64,000 nt of DNA from sequence record OK322699.1; one strand, written 5' to 3'. Positions 29,823 to 39,157 of the stretch are shown one piece after another. The stretch is from Escherichia phage Sa157lw. A program made the translations under genes and the position numbers. Within the stretch, counting starts at the first letter, position 1; each line of letters starts with the position of its first letter. Under the pieces are notes generated by a model. The model searched no databases, was not told the DNA's origin, and worked only from the letters and a program-made list of their open reading frames with translations.

Positions 29823-29913
29823 TTTTAGCAGCCACAGCCCTCGAAAGGGGGCTTGATTTTGAACTACTAAGTAATTTCAACTTAACTGAATATCAATGTA
29901 AGGAACGAGCATC

Positions 29914-31236
29914 ATGACTAAGAAACTTGTAACCGAAGAAATGCGCAAACAGTGGCTGCCAGTTCTCCAAAAAGAATCTGAAGCCATCCAACCTCTGTCT
30001 GCCGAAAACGTAACCATCCGTCTGATGCAAAACCAGGCCGAGTGGAACGCTAAAAACCTGGGCGAATCCGACGCTCCTGGTTCTGTAAACAGCACTGTCG
30101 GTAAATGGCAGCCAGTCCTGATCGACATGGCAAAACGTCTAGCGCCGATCAACATCGCAATGGACTTCTTCGGCGTTCAGCCGCTGTCTGGTCCTGATGG
30201 TCAGATCTTCGCACTGCGTGCTCGCCAAGGTGTTGGTGACGGTTCTACTACCGCTCAGGCGCGTAAAGAACTGTTCATGAACGAAGCCGATTCCGGCTAC
30301 TCTGGTGATGGCACTGTACAGGCTGGTGACCCGTCAGGCTTCAGTCAGGCTGAGATCGAAGGTTCCGGCTCTGTCGTGACCACTATCGGTAAAGGTATGC
30401 CGTCAACCGACGCGGAACTGCTGGGTACTACCACCAATCCGTGGGCGCGTGTTGGTATTACCGTTCAGAAAGCGACCGTTACTGCCAAGTCTCGCGGCCT
30501 GTATGCTGATTACAGCCATGAACTGCGTCAGGATATGATGGCAATTCACGGCGAAGACGTGGACAATATCCTGTCTGACGTGATGGTAACTGAAATTCAG
30601 GCGGAAATGAACCGTGAATTCATCCGCACCATGAACTTCAGTGCTGTTCGTTTCAAAAAATTCGGCACCAACGGTGTTGTTGATATCGCACAGGACATCT
30701 CCGGTCGTTGGGCGCTGGAAAAATGGAAATTCCTGACTTTCATGCTGGAAGTCGAAGCGAATGGTATCGGCGTTGACACCCGTCGTGGTAAAGGCAACCG
30801 TGTTCTGTGTTCTCCGAACGTGGCGTCTGCTCTGGCGATGTCCGGCATGCTGGACTATGCTCCGGTTCTGCAGGAAAACACCAAACTGGCTGTTGACCCG
30901 ACTGGTCAGACCTTCGCGGGTGTTCTGTCCAACGGCATGCGCGTCTATGTTGACCCATATGCTGTAGCAGAATATATCACCCTGGCGTATAAAGGCGCGA
31001 CCGCGCTGGATGCTGGTATCTTCTTCGCACCGTATGTGCCGCTGGAAATGTACCGTACTCAGGGTGAAACCACCTTCGCTCCGCGTATGGCGTTCAAAAC
31101 CCGTTACGGCATCTGTGCTAACCCGTTCGTTCAGATTCCGGCTAACCAAGACCCGCAGGTTTACGTGACTGCTGACGGTATTGCTCAAGACAGCAACCCA
31201 TACTTCCGTAAAGGTCTCATCAAATCTCTGTTCTAA
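29914..31236 (+). CDS. gp23: major capsid protein gp23
   Basis: IAMDFFGVQPLSGPDGQIFALRAR vs T4 IAFDICGVQPMNSPTGQVFALRAV; C-terminal MAFKTRYGICANPF vs MGFKTRYGIGINPF. Confidence 0.95.
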   Translation: MTKKLVTEEMRKQWLPVLQKESEAIQPLSAENVTIRLMQNQAEWNAKNLGESDAPGSVNSTVGKWQPVLIDMAKRLAPINIAMDFFGVQPLSGPDGQIFALRARQGVGDGSTTAQARKELFMNEADSGYSGDGTVQAGDPSGFSQAEIEGSGSVVTTIGKGMPSTDAELLGTTTNPWARVGITVQKATVTAKSRGLYADYSHELRQDMMAIHGEDVDNILSDVMVTEIQAEMNREFIRTMNFSAVRFKKFGTNGVVDIAQDISGRWALEKWKFLTFMLEVEANGIGVDTRRGKGNRVLCSPNVASALAMSGMLDYAPVLQENTKLAVDPTGQTFAGVLSNGMRVYVDPYAVAEYITLAYKGATALDAGIFFAPYVPLEMYRTQGETTFAPRMAFKTRYGICANPFVQIPANQDPQVYVTADGIAQDSNPYFRKGLIKSLF

Positions 31237-31256
31237 TCAACAGGTTTTGATAAACA

Positions 31257-31285
31257 AACCCCGCCATGTGCGGGGTTTTTCTTTA
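31257..31285 (+). terminator. rho-independent terminator (AACCCCGC-CATGT-GCGGGGTT plus T-run)
   Basis: Directly after the major capsid gene stop. Confidence 0.7.
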
Positions 31286-31330
31286 TAGGGATTCACTATA
31301 AGACCGCTAATAGTTTTCAATAAGTGGGCA

Positions 31331-31567
31331 ATGAACGATCATTACCTAACTTTCACAACTGGAACGCTACTCATGGCTAAAGAAACTCTGACTAAAGAAA
31401 ACTCTAACTTCGCAGAATGGCATGCAGAATTAGAGCGTGTCGCTCGTTCTCAACATGGCTCTGCCGCCGATGCTATGGCGTGGCATGAAGATTATGAGTC
31501 TGGCAAAACCCCGCGTCAGGCTTGGGAAGATGAATGGGGGTGGAATGATGCAGACTCTAATTCGTAA
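31331..31567 (+). CDS. hypothetical protein
   Basis: ORF with ATG; weak SD; no homology recognised. Confidence 0.35.
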   Translation: MNDHYLTFTTGTLLMAKETLTKENSNFAEWHAELERVARSQHGSAADAMAWHEDYESGKTPRQAWEDEWGWNDADSNS

Positions 31568-31778
31568 GATATATCTGGATAAGAACTATTTGGAATCCAA
31601 AATCGAAGTTTTCTCGGCTCAAAAAATAATTGAAGACGGTGAAACGAGATATTATCTGAAACCTGACCTTTATCTTCCAGGAAGTAGTTTGAATCGCGAT
31701 ATAATTCAGTCGGACGGTATTACTGTTCGTTGGGAAATGGCGTCACAGGAAGACAACTGTCATAGCATAACACTTTGA
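31545..31778 (+). CDS. hypothetical protein
   Basis: Internal ATG of ORF-track frame 31437-31778 with G-rich SD; overlaps previous gene end. Confidence 0.35.
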   Translation: MMQTLIRKIYLDKNYLESKIEVFSAQKIIEDGETRYYLKPDLYLPGSSLNRDIIQSDGITVRWEMASQEDNCHSITL

Positions 31779-31793
31779 AGAGAGATCTATATT

Positions 31794-32234
31794 ATGTCAA
31801 AAGAAAAATACATATTCATCAGCCCCGCTACGAAGGAGTTCTTCATCTCCGACGTGAAAGATCGTGTTGAGAAGTTCCGCTACATGCGCAGCTATGGTCT
31901 GGCATCCGGTGATATTGATTATCAGTCACTGGACAATGATCGCCAAGATCTGATCGACGACGGTTGGCGTTTAGTTCCGTCCCCTCAGTACATTCATATC
32001 ACGTTGTACTATATGAAGGACAGCGGGAAGTTCTATTCCGAAGGTGAACTCGTACTCAATCGAGGAGAAGCAGAAGCCGAACCTGCCAAAACCTGGATGT
32101 TGGCGATGGATCAGATCCGTGAATTGCTGGACTCCGGTAATCTGCCTGGCCTGATCAGGGGTTCAAAATTCGACGTGTTCGTTACTGGCCAGGGTCATCC
32201 TGGTGGATACCCACATCTGTTCCGTATTAACTGA
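31794..32234 (+). CDS. hypothetical protein
   Basis: ORF preceded by GAGAGATCTATATT element; no homology recognised. Confidence 0.5.
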   Translation: MSKEKYIFISPATKEFFISDVKDRVEKFRYMRSYGLASGDIDYQSLDNDRQDLIDDGWRLVPSPQYIHITLYYMKDSGKFYSEGELVLNRGEAEAEPAKTWMLAMDQIRELLDSGNLPGLIRGSKFDVFVTGQGHPGGYPHLFRIN

Positions 32235-32242
32235 GGTCAATT

Positions 32243-32617
32243 ATGAGCAATTTACCACTGCTTCAAGTCGGTGACGTATTCATTCTCACGGCAGAAATGA
32301 CCGTTGAAACTCAGGTGCCAAAGCATTTCTTGTATTCTAATTGCAAGGGTGATTGGCAAATGGACTCTGGTTATATCACCCCTGAGGGATTCTTCGGTTA
32401 CATGCAAGGACATTACGTCGTTACCAAAACAGCCCTACAAGGCGGTAGCACTGGTCATGATCCATACCCTGACGGCCATCATGTTTGGGCACAGCATACT
32501 GAAAATGAACGCATCAGAATCTGTTTCTATCAGACAGGTAGTTTCAGGAATATGCACCGGAATGTTCCAGTAGTCGGAAAGGCTAAGGCGCAAACATGGA
32601 CTTGGGAGAAATTATGA
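32243..32617 (+). CDS. hypothetical protein
   Basis: ORF with GAGG SD. Confidence 0.5.
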   Translation: MSNLPLLQVGDVFILTAEMTVETQVPKHFLYSNCKGDWQMDSGYITPEGFFGYMQGHYVVTKTALQGGSTGHDPYPDGHHVWAQHTENERIRICFYQTGSFRNMHRNVPVVGKAKAQTWTWEKL

Positions 32618-32850
32618 AAATCAAAAAGATAGGCGCAAGCCCATTGACGGGAACAATCTTCCAGGGTACTTTGAACACCAAGACCAGTATGTGGGTCGGT
32701 GAGAAGACTGATGTGACTAACGACTGTGTAGCGGCTACGGCTGAACACATGCGTCACATCAAGAAAGACTACTGCTTCCCTACTAAAGACGGCAAGTTCC
32801 TGGTGCTGAGCGCTGAGGTTCACGACACCCTTCCTGATCGCTTCAAATAA
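32614..32850 (+). CDS. hypothetical protein
   Basis: ATG 32614 with GGAGAA SD overlapping previous stop (ATGA). Confidence 0.4.
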   Translation: MKIKKIGASPLTGTIFQGTLNTKTSMWVGEKTDVTNDCVAATAEHMRHIKKDYCFPTKDGKFLVLSAEVHDTLPDRFK

Positions 32851-32953
32851 ATTTAAAATTTATTCAATAAACGGGGTTTACTTCTTCAATAAACCCCGTA
32901 TACTTCATTCCATAAGCAGCACAACACTGACTCTGAAATGAAGGAACTACACC

Positions 32954-33391
32954 ATGACCACAGCAAAAGTTACCATCTACGCTTTCGACGCTTTCTCTAA
33001 ATTTGACGCATTCGTCTCCTCCGCATTTGGTATCAAAGAAGTTGAAGCAGAGAAAACTTTCTGTGGTGGACTCGGCAAGTTTGCCAACCTGAGTTTATCC
33101 CTGACAGAGTTCATGAAATCTCTTGAAGGTCACTTTGACGCCGAAACCATTCGCACTTCCTTACTCAAGAAAGACGGCACCCCTCGCAAACTGTCTGGCA
33201 AGACTAGAATTTACGATGCTGACGGCTTTACTGTGTCTGTGCATTTTACTGAAGAACCTGTGTACGAACTTTTCAGCGGGTCTGAGGACCTCACTCACTA
33301 TGTGGTCAGGAAAGGCGATTCCCGCCCTGTGTTCGAATCTGGCGACATCCTCGCCGCTATCAAAGAACTTGCGCGTCTGAATAGCCTCTAA
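32954..33391 (+). CDS. hypothetical protein
   Basis: ORF with GAAGGAA SD. Confidence 0.5.
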   Translation: MTTAKVTIYAFDAFSKFDAFVSSAFGIKEVEAEKTFCGGLGKFANLSLSLTEFMKSLEGHFDAETIRTSLLKKDGTPRKLSGKTRIYDADGFTVSVHFTEEPVYELFSGSEDLTHYVVRKGDSRPVFESGDILAAIKELARLNSL

Positions 33392-33466
33392 CAGACGTTT
33401 GTTCTAAACCTTTGAACGGGGTATGGTTAATCCATACCCTATCCCATACAAATAGAGGACTTTATC

Positions 33467-33811
33467 ATGACTACAAGAATCCCACCGCAGTCGATTGAAA
33501 TCTCGAAGGTCGTCAATATCGAACCTCGTCGAGGAACCCGTAAACCCCGCGCGGGGCGTCATCTGACCACCAAGCTGGATCTTCTGAAACAGAAGTTCGG
33601 CGACCACAGTGTGTTTACCCGTATCCGCAACGCATTAAAGGAAGGGCGAACCGAGTTGGAGCTATATCGTCCGAACGGTTCGACTCGAGCGTATCAGACC
33701 ACCGACGGTTTGCTGGAACTGATCCGCCTATCAGGGATGAACATAGAACCCCGTTCATCAGGAACCCCGCTATGCAGCCTGTACGTCATCAGCAATCTTG
33801 GGGCGCTGTGA
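33467..33811 (+). CDS. hypothetical protein
   Basis: ORF with AGAGGA SD. Confidence 0.45.
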   Translation: MTTRIPPQSIEISKVVNIEPRRGTRKPRAGRHLTTKLDLLKQKFGDHSVFTRIRNALKEGRTELELYRPNGSTRAYQTTDGLLELIRLSGMNIEPRSSGTPLCSLYVISNLGAL

Positions 33812-33816
33812 GTTCT

Positions 33817-34239
33817 ATGAAGAAGTATATCGTTCTTATAACGGGTTCCCGTTCTATAACTGAGCGGGACAAAATATTTGCCAAATTAGATGAACTCTTA
33901 ATCCCTCACGAGATAGAGACGTTTATTGAAGGTGAAGCAGTGGGTGTGGATCTGATATCCCGTGATTGGTGTGAAATCAATTATGTGCATATCACACCAA
34001 TGCCGATTCCTCAAAATTACCATACGTTATATGGGAAAGGTGCGGGCAATCAACGTAACAAAGATATGCTGGACAAGGCTCTAACATTGGCGAAGCAAAA
34101 AGATCTTGAGGTCTTTGGAATTGCATTATGGGATGGTTCGTCTACTGGGACGCAAGACATGATCAAGCGCATGAAGAAAGCGGGAATAAATGTCAATATC
34201 ACTCTCATGGGCAAACCCAAAACCAAACGATTGTTATAA
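33817..34239 (+). CDS. SLOG/DUF2493-like Rossmann-fold protein
   Basis: VLITGSRS ... EGEAVGVD ... QRNKDML ... WDGSSTGTQDMI pattern resembles the DprA/LOG-like DUF2493 family (from memory). Confidence 0.45.
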   Translation: MKKYIVLITGSRSITERDKIFAKLDELLIPHEIETFIEGEAVGVDLISRDWCEINYVHITPMPIPQNYHTLYGKGAGNQRNKDMLDKALTLAKQKDLEVFGIALWDGSSTGTQDMIKRMKKAGINVNITLMGKPKTKRLL

Positions 34240-34269
34240 ATAAATTTGCCACCCATGAGGAGTTATACC

Positions 34270-34440
34270 ATGTTACAAATACTGTTGGTGCTTTGTGTCG
34301 CATTTACCATGTACTTCATGGCACGCATCGGTTTTATTACTTTAGATGACATGAAGGGTATCCCACGTGAACCCAAATTCATCTTTCTGAAGAAGTTTGC
34401 CAAAAAGTTCTCAGAAAACTTTATTTATCATCTACCATGA
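34270..34440 (+). CDS. small membrane protein
   Basis: ATG 34270 after GAGGAG SD; one hydrophobic helix (LQILLVLCVAFTMYFMARIGFI). Confidence 0.35.
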   Translation: MLQILLVLCVAFTMYFMARIGFITLDDMKGIPREPKFIFLKKFAKKFSENFIYHLP

Positions 34441-34468
34441 TTAAATACCCCCAAAATTGGGGGTATTT
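34441..34468 (+). promoter_or_regulatory. late-promoter motif TTAAATACCCCC within an 11-bp perfect palindrome (34443-34453 / 34458-34468, 4-nt loop)
   Basis: AAATACCCCCA / TGGGGGTATTT exact reverse complements; right arm contains the GGGGG SD of the ATG at 34471. Confidence 0.6.
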
Positions 34469-34470
34469 TT

Positions 34471-35199
34471 ATGAACGCACAAATCTATGATGTCCTTTCC
34501 TCTGGCAATGCATTTAGCAATCCGCTTCCATCCCTCTCCGGTCCTTCTCAGGATTTAATAACCAGTGGCATCACCAATATACCATTGATAACTGCCAACG
34601 CTACTCCGGAGATGCAGGCGGCTATGGCAGCTGGTGGACTAACACCAGAAAAACTCACAGCAGCCAGCACCATGTATAGCACCGCCAACACAGGGATAAC
34701 AACTCTGAACACATATGGCGACCAAAGTATCAATGACGCGTATTCTCGCATCGGTACTTCCGTGTCATACAAATCAGGTCTGAAGGGTATATCACGAGAG
34801 CCAAACAATTGTGATTTGATCAACAAGGCTTTTGGTGTTGTTCAGGATTTAGGACGCCAATGGCTGAATGCTATGGAAGGCGCTCTACAGACCGTAACAA
34901 ACAAGATATCGGAATTGTATGAGATGATCATGGAAGGTGCCTCAGAAGGAATGGCAAAGCTGCAGGAATTGGCTGCAGAAGTAACGGGACACATCAATAC
35001 TGCGATAACCGCAGTCAACGGGGTTATAAGTGATATTACAGATGGTATAGCCGCAGAACTTGCACACATTGAAAGCATGATCAAAGAGTGCTTGAATTTC
35101 TCTTTTGCTAACGTGCTCGGGGAATGGGCTAAAGATCTGTGCGCCGGAGGTGTTATTGACAAAATAGGGACTCCAGCATTAAAAGAATCCCTGAAATAA
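34471..35199 (+). CDS. hypothetical late protein (242 aa)
   Basis: Preceded by the late-promoter palindrome; Ala/Thr/Gly-rich; function unknown. Confidence 0.5.
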   Translation: MNAQIYDVLSSGNAFSNPLPSLSGPSQDLITSGITNIPLITANATPEMQAAMAAGGLTPEKLTAASTMYSTANTGITTLNTYGDQSINDAYSRIGTSVSYKSGLKGISREPNNCDLINKAFGVVQDLGRQWLNAMEGALQTVTNKISELYEMIMEGASEGMAKLQELAAEVTGHINTAITAVNGVISDITDGIAAELAHIESMIKECLNFSFANVLGEWAKDLCAGGVIDKIGTPALKESLK

Positions 35200-35200
35200 A

Positions 35201-35821
35201 TCAATGACGAGCAGGGAGGACTCCCACTGGTTCGATGCCTTCGATCATCAGGGAGTCCACTCCAACATCGCTCAGGCGAATCCAAACCTTACCCCCTGGC
35301 CTTATCTCATAGATGTTCATCTCGTTTCCAACAGCAGACCCATTCACAAAAACGCCTTGAGTAGCAATCCGAATAGGCGTTTTGGTGTTGTTGATTATCT
35401 GAAAAGATATCGTGATATCCCTTGTCAATTCCACATTTCTTGCTTTTGTATATCTCCTCAATTTTTCAAAGAAAGATGGATTGAATGTGGCTATGATGCT
35501 GTTGTTTTGTGAGTAGTAAATACTGGCAGACAGATAAGGGATTTTTCCCTCATCACCTTTCCTCAATAGAGGGATCGTGGTTTTCCAGTACGGTCTCAAC
35601 GCCTGGTTGTTATCATCAAAACAACCGACGGCTTGTATGGTTTGGAAATTCTGGAAGTCTGCCACAACTTGATCCAGTAACTTTTTATTACATTTGTCGA
35701 CATCAGCAGAAATATTGACTGGTATAGTTCTGATTTCAGGATCCCAAAGATCGGTGACAGAAATCACGGACGTGACAAAGATACGGCAGCTTGTAAGTAC
35801 AAGCACCATTATCATCGTCAT
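35201..35821 (-). CDS. hypothetical protein with lipoprotein-like N-terminus, opposite strand
   Basis: Longest ORF in the 35.2-35.9 kb gap is on the minus strand; ATG at 35821; N-terminus MTMIMVLVLTSC resembles a lipobox. Confidence 0.4.
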   Translation of the reverse strand: MTMIMVLVLTSCRIFVTSVISVTDLWDPEIRTIPVNISADVDKCNKKLLDQVVADFQNFQTIQAVGCFDDNNQALRPYWKTTIPLLRKGDEGKIPYLSASIYYSQNNSIIATFNPSFFEKLRRYTKARNVELTRDITISFQIINNTKTPIRIATQGVFVNGSAVGNEMNIYEIRPGGKVWIRLSDVGVDSLMIEGIEPVGVLPARH

Positions 35822-35884
35822 GATCCATTTTCTGAATCCGCGTATCAGGAACACTAAAAAATTCTCCACAGCAAAGGTGCTAAC

Positions 35885-36382
35885 ATGACAGGTGTACAAT
35901 TCAAAAACGAAAATCCTAATTTCGCGGCTTCCGATAAATGGCGCTTAACCATCGGAGACCTGGTGCTGCTAACCCGTTCGATACACGACTTCAGTATCCC
36001 TGGCGTGTATTCCGAAGGTATCGAAGGCCCATCCCCTGGCGATGTCCTAAACTCTATACCTTCAGAACGTCTCACGTATGACCCCATCGTATTTACGTTC
36101 GTTATCGATGAGAGTTGGTACAACTGGGAACAGATTTACAATTGGATCGCTTCGAACGCGGGTTCAGATTTAGCCGTCAGTAGAGATATTACGATTGAAC
36201 TTTTAGACAACATGAACCGTCCTGTTGGGCTTCAGTTGCTTCTAGAAGAAGGGCGACCAACAGCGCTAGACAACGTGTTGGTTGACGTGGATGCATCGGT
36301 TCCTCAGTTGGTCACAACGGTGACATTCAAATATCTGAAACTGACTCCGACCCGCGTAACCCGCGAAATTGATAAACAATAA
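35885..36382 (+). CDS. hypothetical protein
   Basis: ORF with SD; no homology recognised. Confidence 0.45.
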   Translation: MTGVQFKNENPNFAASDKWRLTIGDLVLLTRSIHDFSIPGVYSEGIEGPSPGDVLNSIPSERLTYDPIVFTFVIDESWYNWEQIYNWIASNAGSDLAVSRDITIELLDNMNRPVGLQLLLEEGRPTALDNVLVDVDASVPQLVTTVTFKYLKLTPTRVTREIDKQ

Positions 36383-36420
36383 GTTATAATACAGAGAGTT
36401 GAAACAGCAGGAAATAAATC

Positions 36421-36876
36421 ATGAGTGAAACAAAATTTGAAACAATGAAGACCGAAGATATAATCGCGGAATTAGATCCTCTTATTTCGGTGAATCCTGA
36501 AGACATGAATTTAGACCAAATATCATTGAAAATTGGTCGTTCATGGATGGCTGTCCAGCGCCATTACATTCGTGAAGGGCGTTATCTAGAATTTTTGACA
36601 GGAAAATTCCGTCAAATCGATCTTTATTTACGTCGGTATTATGCAGGGGAATTACCACCCAATATTTATGTCGAACGTCCCCTGAAAGTTCGCCCCCTGA
36701 AATCTGATATAGACGTTTGGGTAAAGGCTGATGACGATTACATTGAGTTATCGAGCATGTTGCAAGAACAAAAAGCCAAAGTAAAATTAATCGAAAGTAG
36801 TTTAGAACGTTTGAATAAACTCGGCTATGAAGTGAAAAATGCGATTGATTGGCGAAAATACTTGGACGGCATGTGA
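36421..36876 (+). CDS. uvsY: UvsY-like recombination mediator
   Basis: Loose similarity to T4 UvsY (YYAG vs YYSG region; C-terminal LNKLGYEVKNAIDWRKY vs IKSRGFAIKHIQDMRAF); sits just upstream of uvsW. Confidence 0.5.
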   Translation: MSETKFETMKTEDIIAELDPLISVNPEDMNLDQISLKIGRSWMAVQRHYIREGRYLEFLTGKFRQIDLYLRRYYAGELPPNIYVERPLKVRPLKSDIDVWVKADDDYIELSSMLQEQKAKVKLIESSLERLNKLGYEVKNAIDWRKYLDGM

Positions 36877-37622
36877 TGGTTTCCCTGCAGGCTTTGCGTA
36901 AACTCAATGATTTTGAGAACCGCCATTACACATTTCAGCAGTATGCCTTGCCCTTTAAGGAACTGACTTGTGTAACAACGGAAAACGGACGCCATTATGT
37001 GTCTCCAACAGGCGTCAAACTCACATCTGTAACAACGATGTTGGGGCGTACCGGAGATCATACATGGTTAGAAGCCTGGCGGGACAAGTTAGGACACGAA
37101 GCCGCCGATATCGAAACAGAGCGTTGCGCAGACCGTGGGGAAAAACTTCATTTGGCCTGTGAATTATATCTCAAAAACAGGCCGATGAAGGAAGTGTTAG
37201 AAGCCGCAGGGGAATACGTGTTTATGTTTAAACAGGTCTTCCCCTACCTGAACAAAATGAGCAAGATATACGCGCAGGAGATTCCGTTATATAGCGAAGT
37301 CCTTGGTCTTGCTGGTCGTGTTGATCTCATCAGCGTTTACGAGGGAATCCCTAGCATTATCGATTTCAAAACATCCAACACCCTGAAAACTCGGAGCATG
37401 ATAGAAGATTACAGCATTCAACTATGCCTGTACTCAGTCATGTTTCAACAGATGTTTAATGTTAAGATCGAACGTTTGGTCAATATTATATCTAACGAAA
37501 ATTCTCTTGTCCCGACTATAATCGAATTTAATCGAAAAGACGTTATTTCTAAAATGTTTGATCGTGTTCGCCTGTATCATAAAATGGATAAAGAACAGAA
37601 CGGGATCTGGGCGGATCGCTAA
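36876..37622 (+). CDS. PD-(D/E)xK family nuclease-like protein
   Basis: ATG overlapping previous stop (TGATG); motif GRVDLI ... IIDFKTS fits D...(D/E)xK. Confidence 0.4.
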   Translation: MVSLQALRKLNDFENRHYTFQQYALPFKELTCVTTENGRHYVSPTGVKLTSVTTMLGRTGDHTWLEAWRDKLGHEAADIETERCADRGEKLHLACELYLKNRPMKEVLEAAGEYVFMFKQVFPYLNKMSKIYAQEIPLYSEVLGLAGRVDLISVYEGIPSIIDFKTSNTLKTRSMIEDYSIQLCLYSVMFQQMFNVKIERLVNIISNENSLVPTIIEFNRKDVISKMFDRVRLYHKMDKEQNGIWADR

Positions 37623-37650
37623 ATACTCCATAATATTGGGGGAATTAGTG

Positions 37651-39156
37651 ATGTCAGAAATTCAAATAATCAAAGTTAACGAAGTGCGCATGCGAATCTT
37701 GGCGGAAGACTATATCCGCGAAGAACTCAATGATTACTTCAAATTTGAAGATCCTAATTTCCAACCGAATCCCTTCAGTAAATGGGATGGCGTGGTACGC
37801 TTGTTCACAAAGAGTTCTGGCCTTATAGACATCGGTCTGTTGTTTGAGGTGTTTAAGTTCTGTAAGATGAATGGTTACACCATCAAATTAGATCCCGCCT
37901 TAAAATATATCCAAGATATACCAGACGAAGAGATACATACATTTATCAATTCCCTGAACGCTGTTTACCGTGATGAAAACAAGCAATACCAAATCGCAAC
38001 AGTGCGCGACTATCAATTCGACTCAGTGGCCACAGCAATACGCCAATCCAGATGCGTGCTAGAAGCGGCTACGAGCGCGGGTAAATCGTTTATTTTGTAC
38101 ATCATGGCGCGTTACTACAGGCAACGCAGAGAGGCACTGGAAAGCAATCTCAAGACGTTGATCGTTGTACCTTCCATTCACTTGGTGACTCAGTTGTATG
38201 ACAACTTTGAGGAATACAGCCATGGCACAAATTGGAATACCATGATGAATGTCCAGATGATATGTGAAGGTGCAACAAAGGATATATTCAAGCCCATAGT
38301 CATTTCCACTTGGCAGGGTATTCAGAATCAGCCCAAAGAATGGTTCCATCAATTTGGGGATATTGTTGTCGACGAAGTACACACATCTAAATCTGAAAAG
38401 CTATCTTATATCCTGAACAACTGCATTAATGCTGACCAAAGATTGGGAGTAACCGGAACCCTCGCGAATACAAAGGTTGCAGGGTTGCAGGTCGTTGCCC
38501 ATTTTGGAGCATACCATAAAATTATTACAGCACGTGATTTAATAAATCTTGGTTATGCCGCAGATATCCATGTCAACATGATTGAAGTCATACATCCCAT
38601 GGCGGATTGTATAGAAATGCATGGTGCTGAGTACCAAAAGGAAATAGAATTCCTCATAGCGAATGAACGTCGAAACGAGTTAATAGCCAGAATGGCATTG
38701 TCTTTGAAAGGTAACGTGGCCGTTATGTTCGAACGCATTGACGCCCATATGATGATTGTTTATGAAATGCTTTCAGCCGTTAAGAAAAACGTATTTGTCA
38801 TTAACGGCGAAGTTAAGACAGAAGTTCGTAAACAAATTCAGGCAGCGATGGAAGAGGGCGAAGATATAACACTGCTGGCATCTTATGGGACCATGCAACA
38901 GGGAGTGTCGATCAAAAAACTTCATCATTTGATATTGGCACACCCGAGTAAATCCTATATTCGTGTCATACAGACTTTAGGGCGTCTCATGCGCCAGCAC
39001 TCTTCAAAGGATGTTGCCAAGATCTGGGATTTAGTAGACAACTTGCGTTACAAAGGATTTTCGTACAACCATGCCCTCAGACATTCGCATGAGAGATATA
39101 AATTTTATCTTATGGAGCGACACCCTGTACAAATGAAGAAAGTGTCGCTCCAGTAA
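37651..39156 (+). CDS. uvsW: UvsW helicase
   Basis: ATG 37651 with GGGGGA SD; ATSAGKS Walker A, VDEVH box, N-terminal region parallels T4 UvsW. Confidence 0.8.
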   Translation: MSEIQIIKVNEVRMRILAEDYIREELNDYFKFEDPNFQPNPFSKWDGVVRLFTKSSGLIDIGLLFEVFKFCKMNGYTIKLDPALKYIQDIPDEEIHTFINSLNAVYRDENKQYQIATVRDYQFDSVATAIRQSRCVLEAATSAGKSFILYIMARYYRQRREALESNLKTLIVVPSIHLVTQLYDNFEEYSHGTNWNTMMNVQMICEGATKDIFKPIVISTWQGIQNQPKEWFHQFGDIVVDEVHTSKSEKLSYILNNCINADQRLGVTGTLANTKVAGLQVVAHFGAYHKIITARDLINLGYAADIHVNMIEVIHPMADCIEMHGAEYQKEIEFLIANERRNELIARMALSLKGNVAVMFERIDAHMMIVYEMLSAVKKNVFVINGEVKTEVRKQIQAAMEEGEDITLLASYGTMQQGVSIKKLHHLILAHPSKSYIRVIQTLGRLMRQHSSKDVAKIWDLVDNLRYKGFSYNHALRHSHERYKFYLMERHPVQMKKVSLQ

Positions 39157-39157
39157 T

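Noticed and set aside
30403-31188. 261-aa minus-strand ORF inside the major capsid gene
   Set aside because: Antisense to the best-conserved gene in the window; His/Arg-rich translation typical of a non-coding frame.
35204-35718. Two + strand ORFs (102 and 69 aa) in the 35.2-35.7 kb gap
   Set aside because: Shorter than and fully overlapped by the 207-aa minus-strand ORF, which has a coherent signal-peptide-like N-terminus; kept as the less likely alternative.
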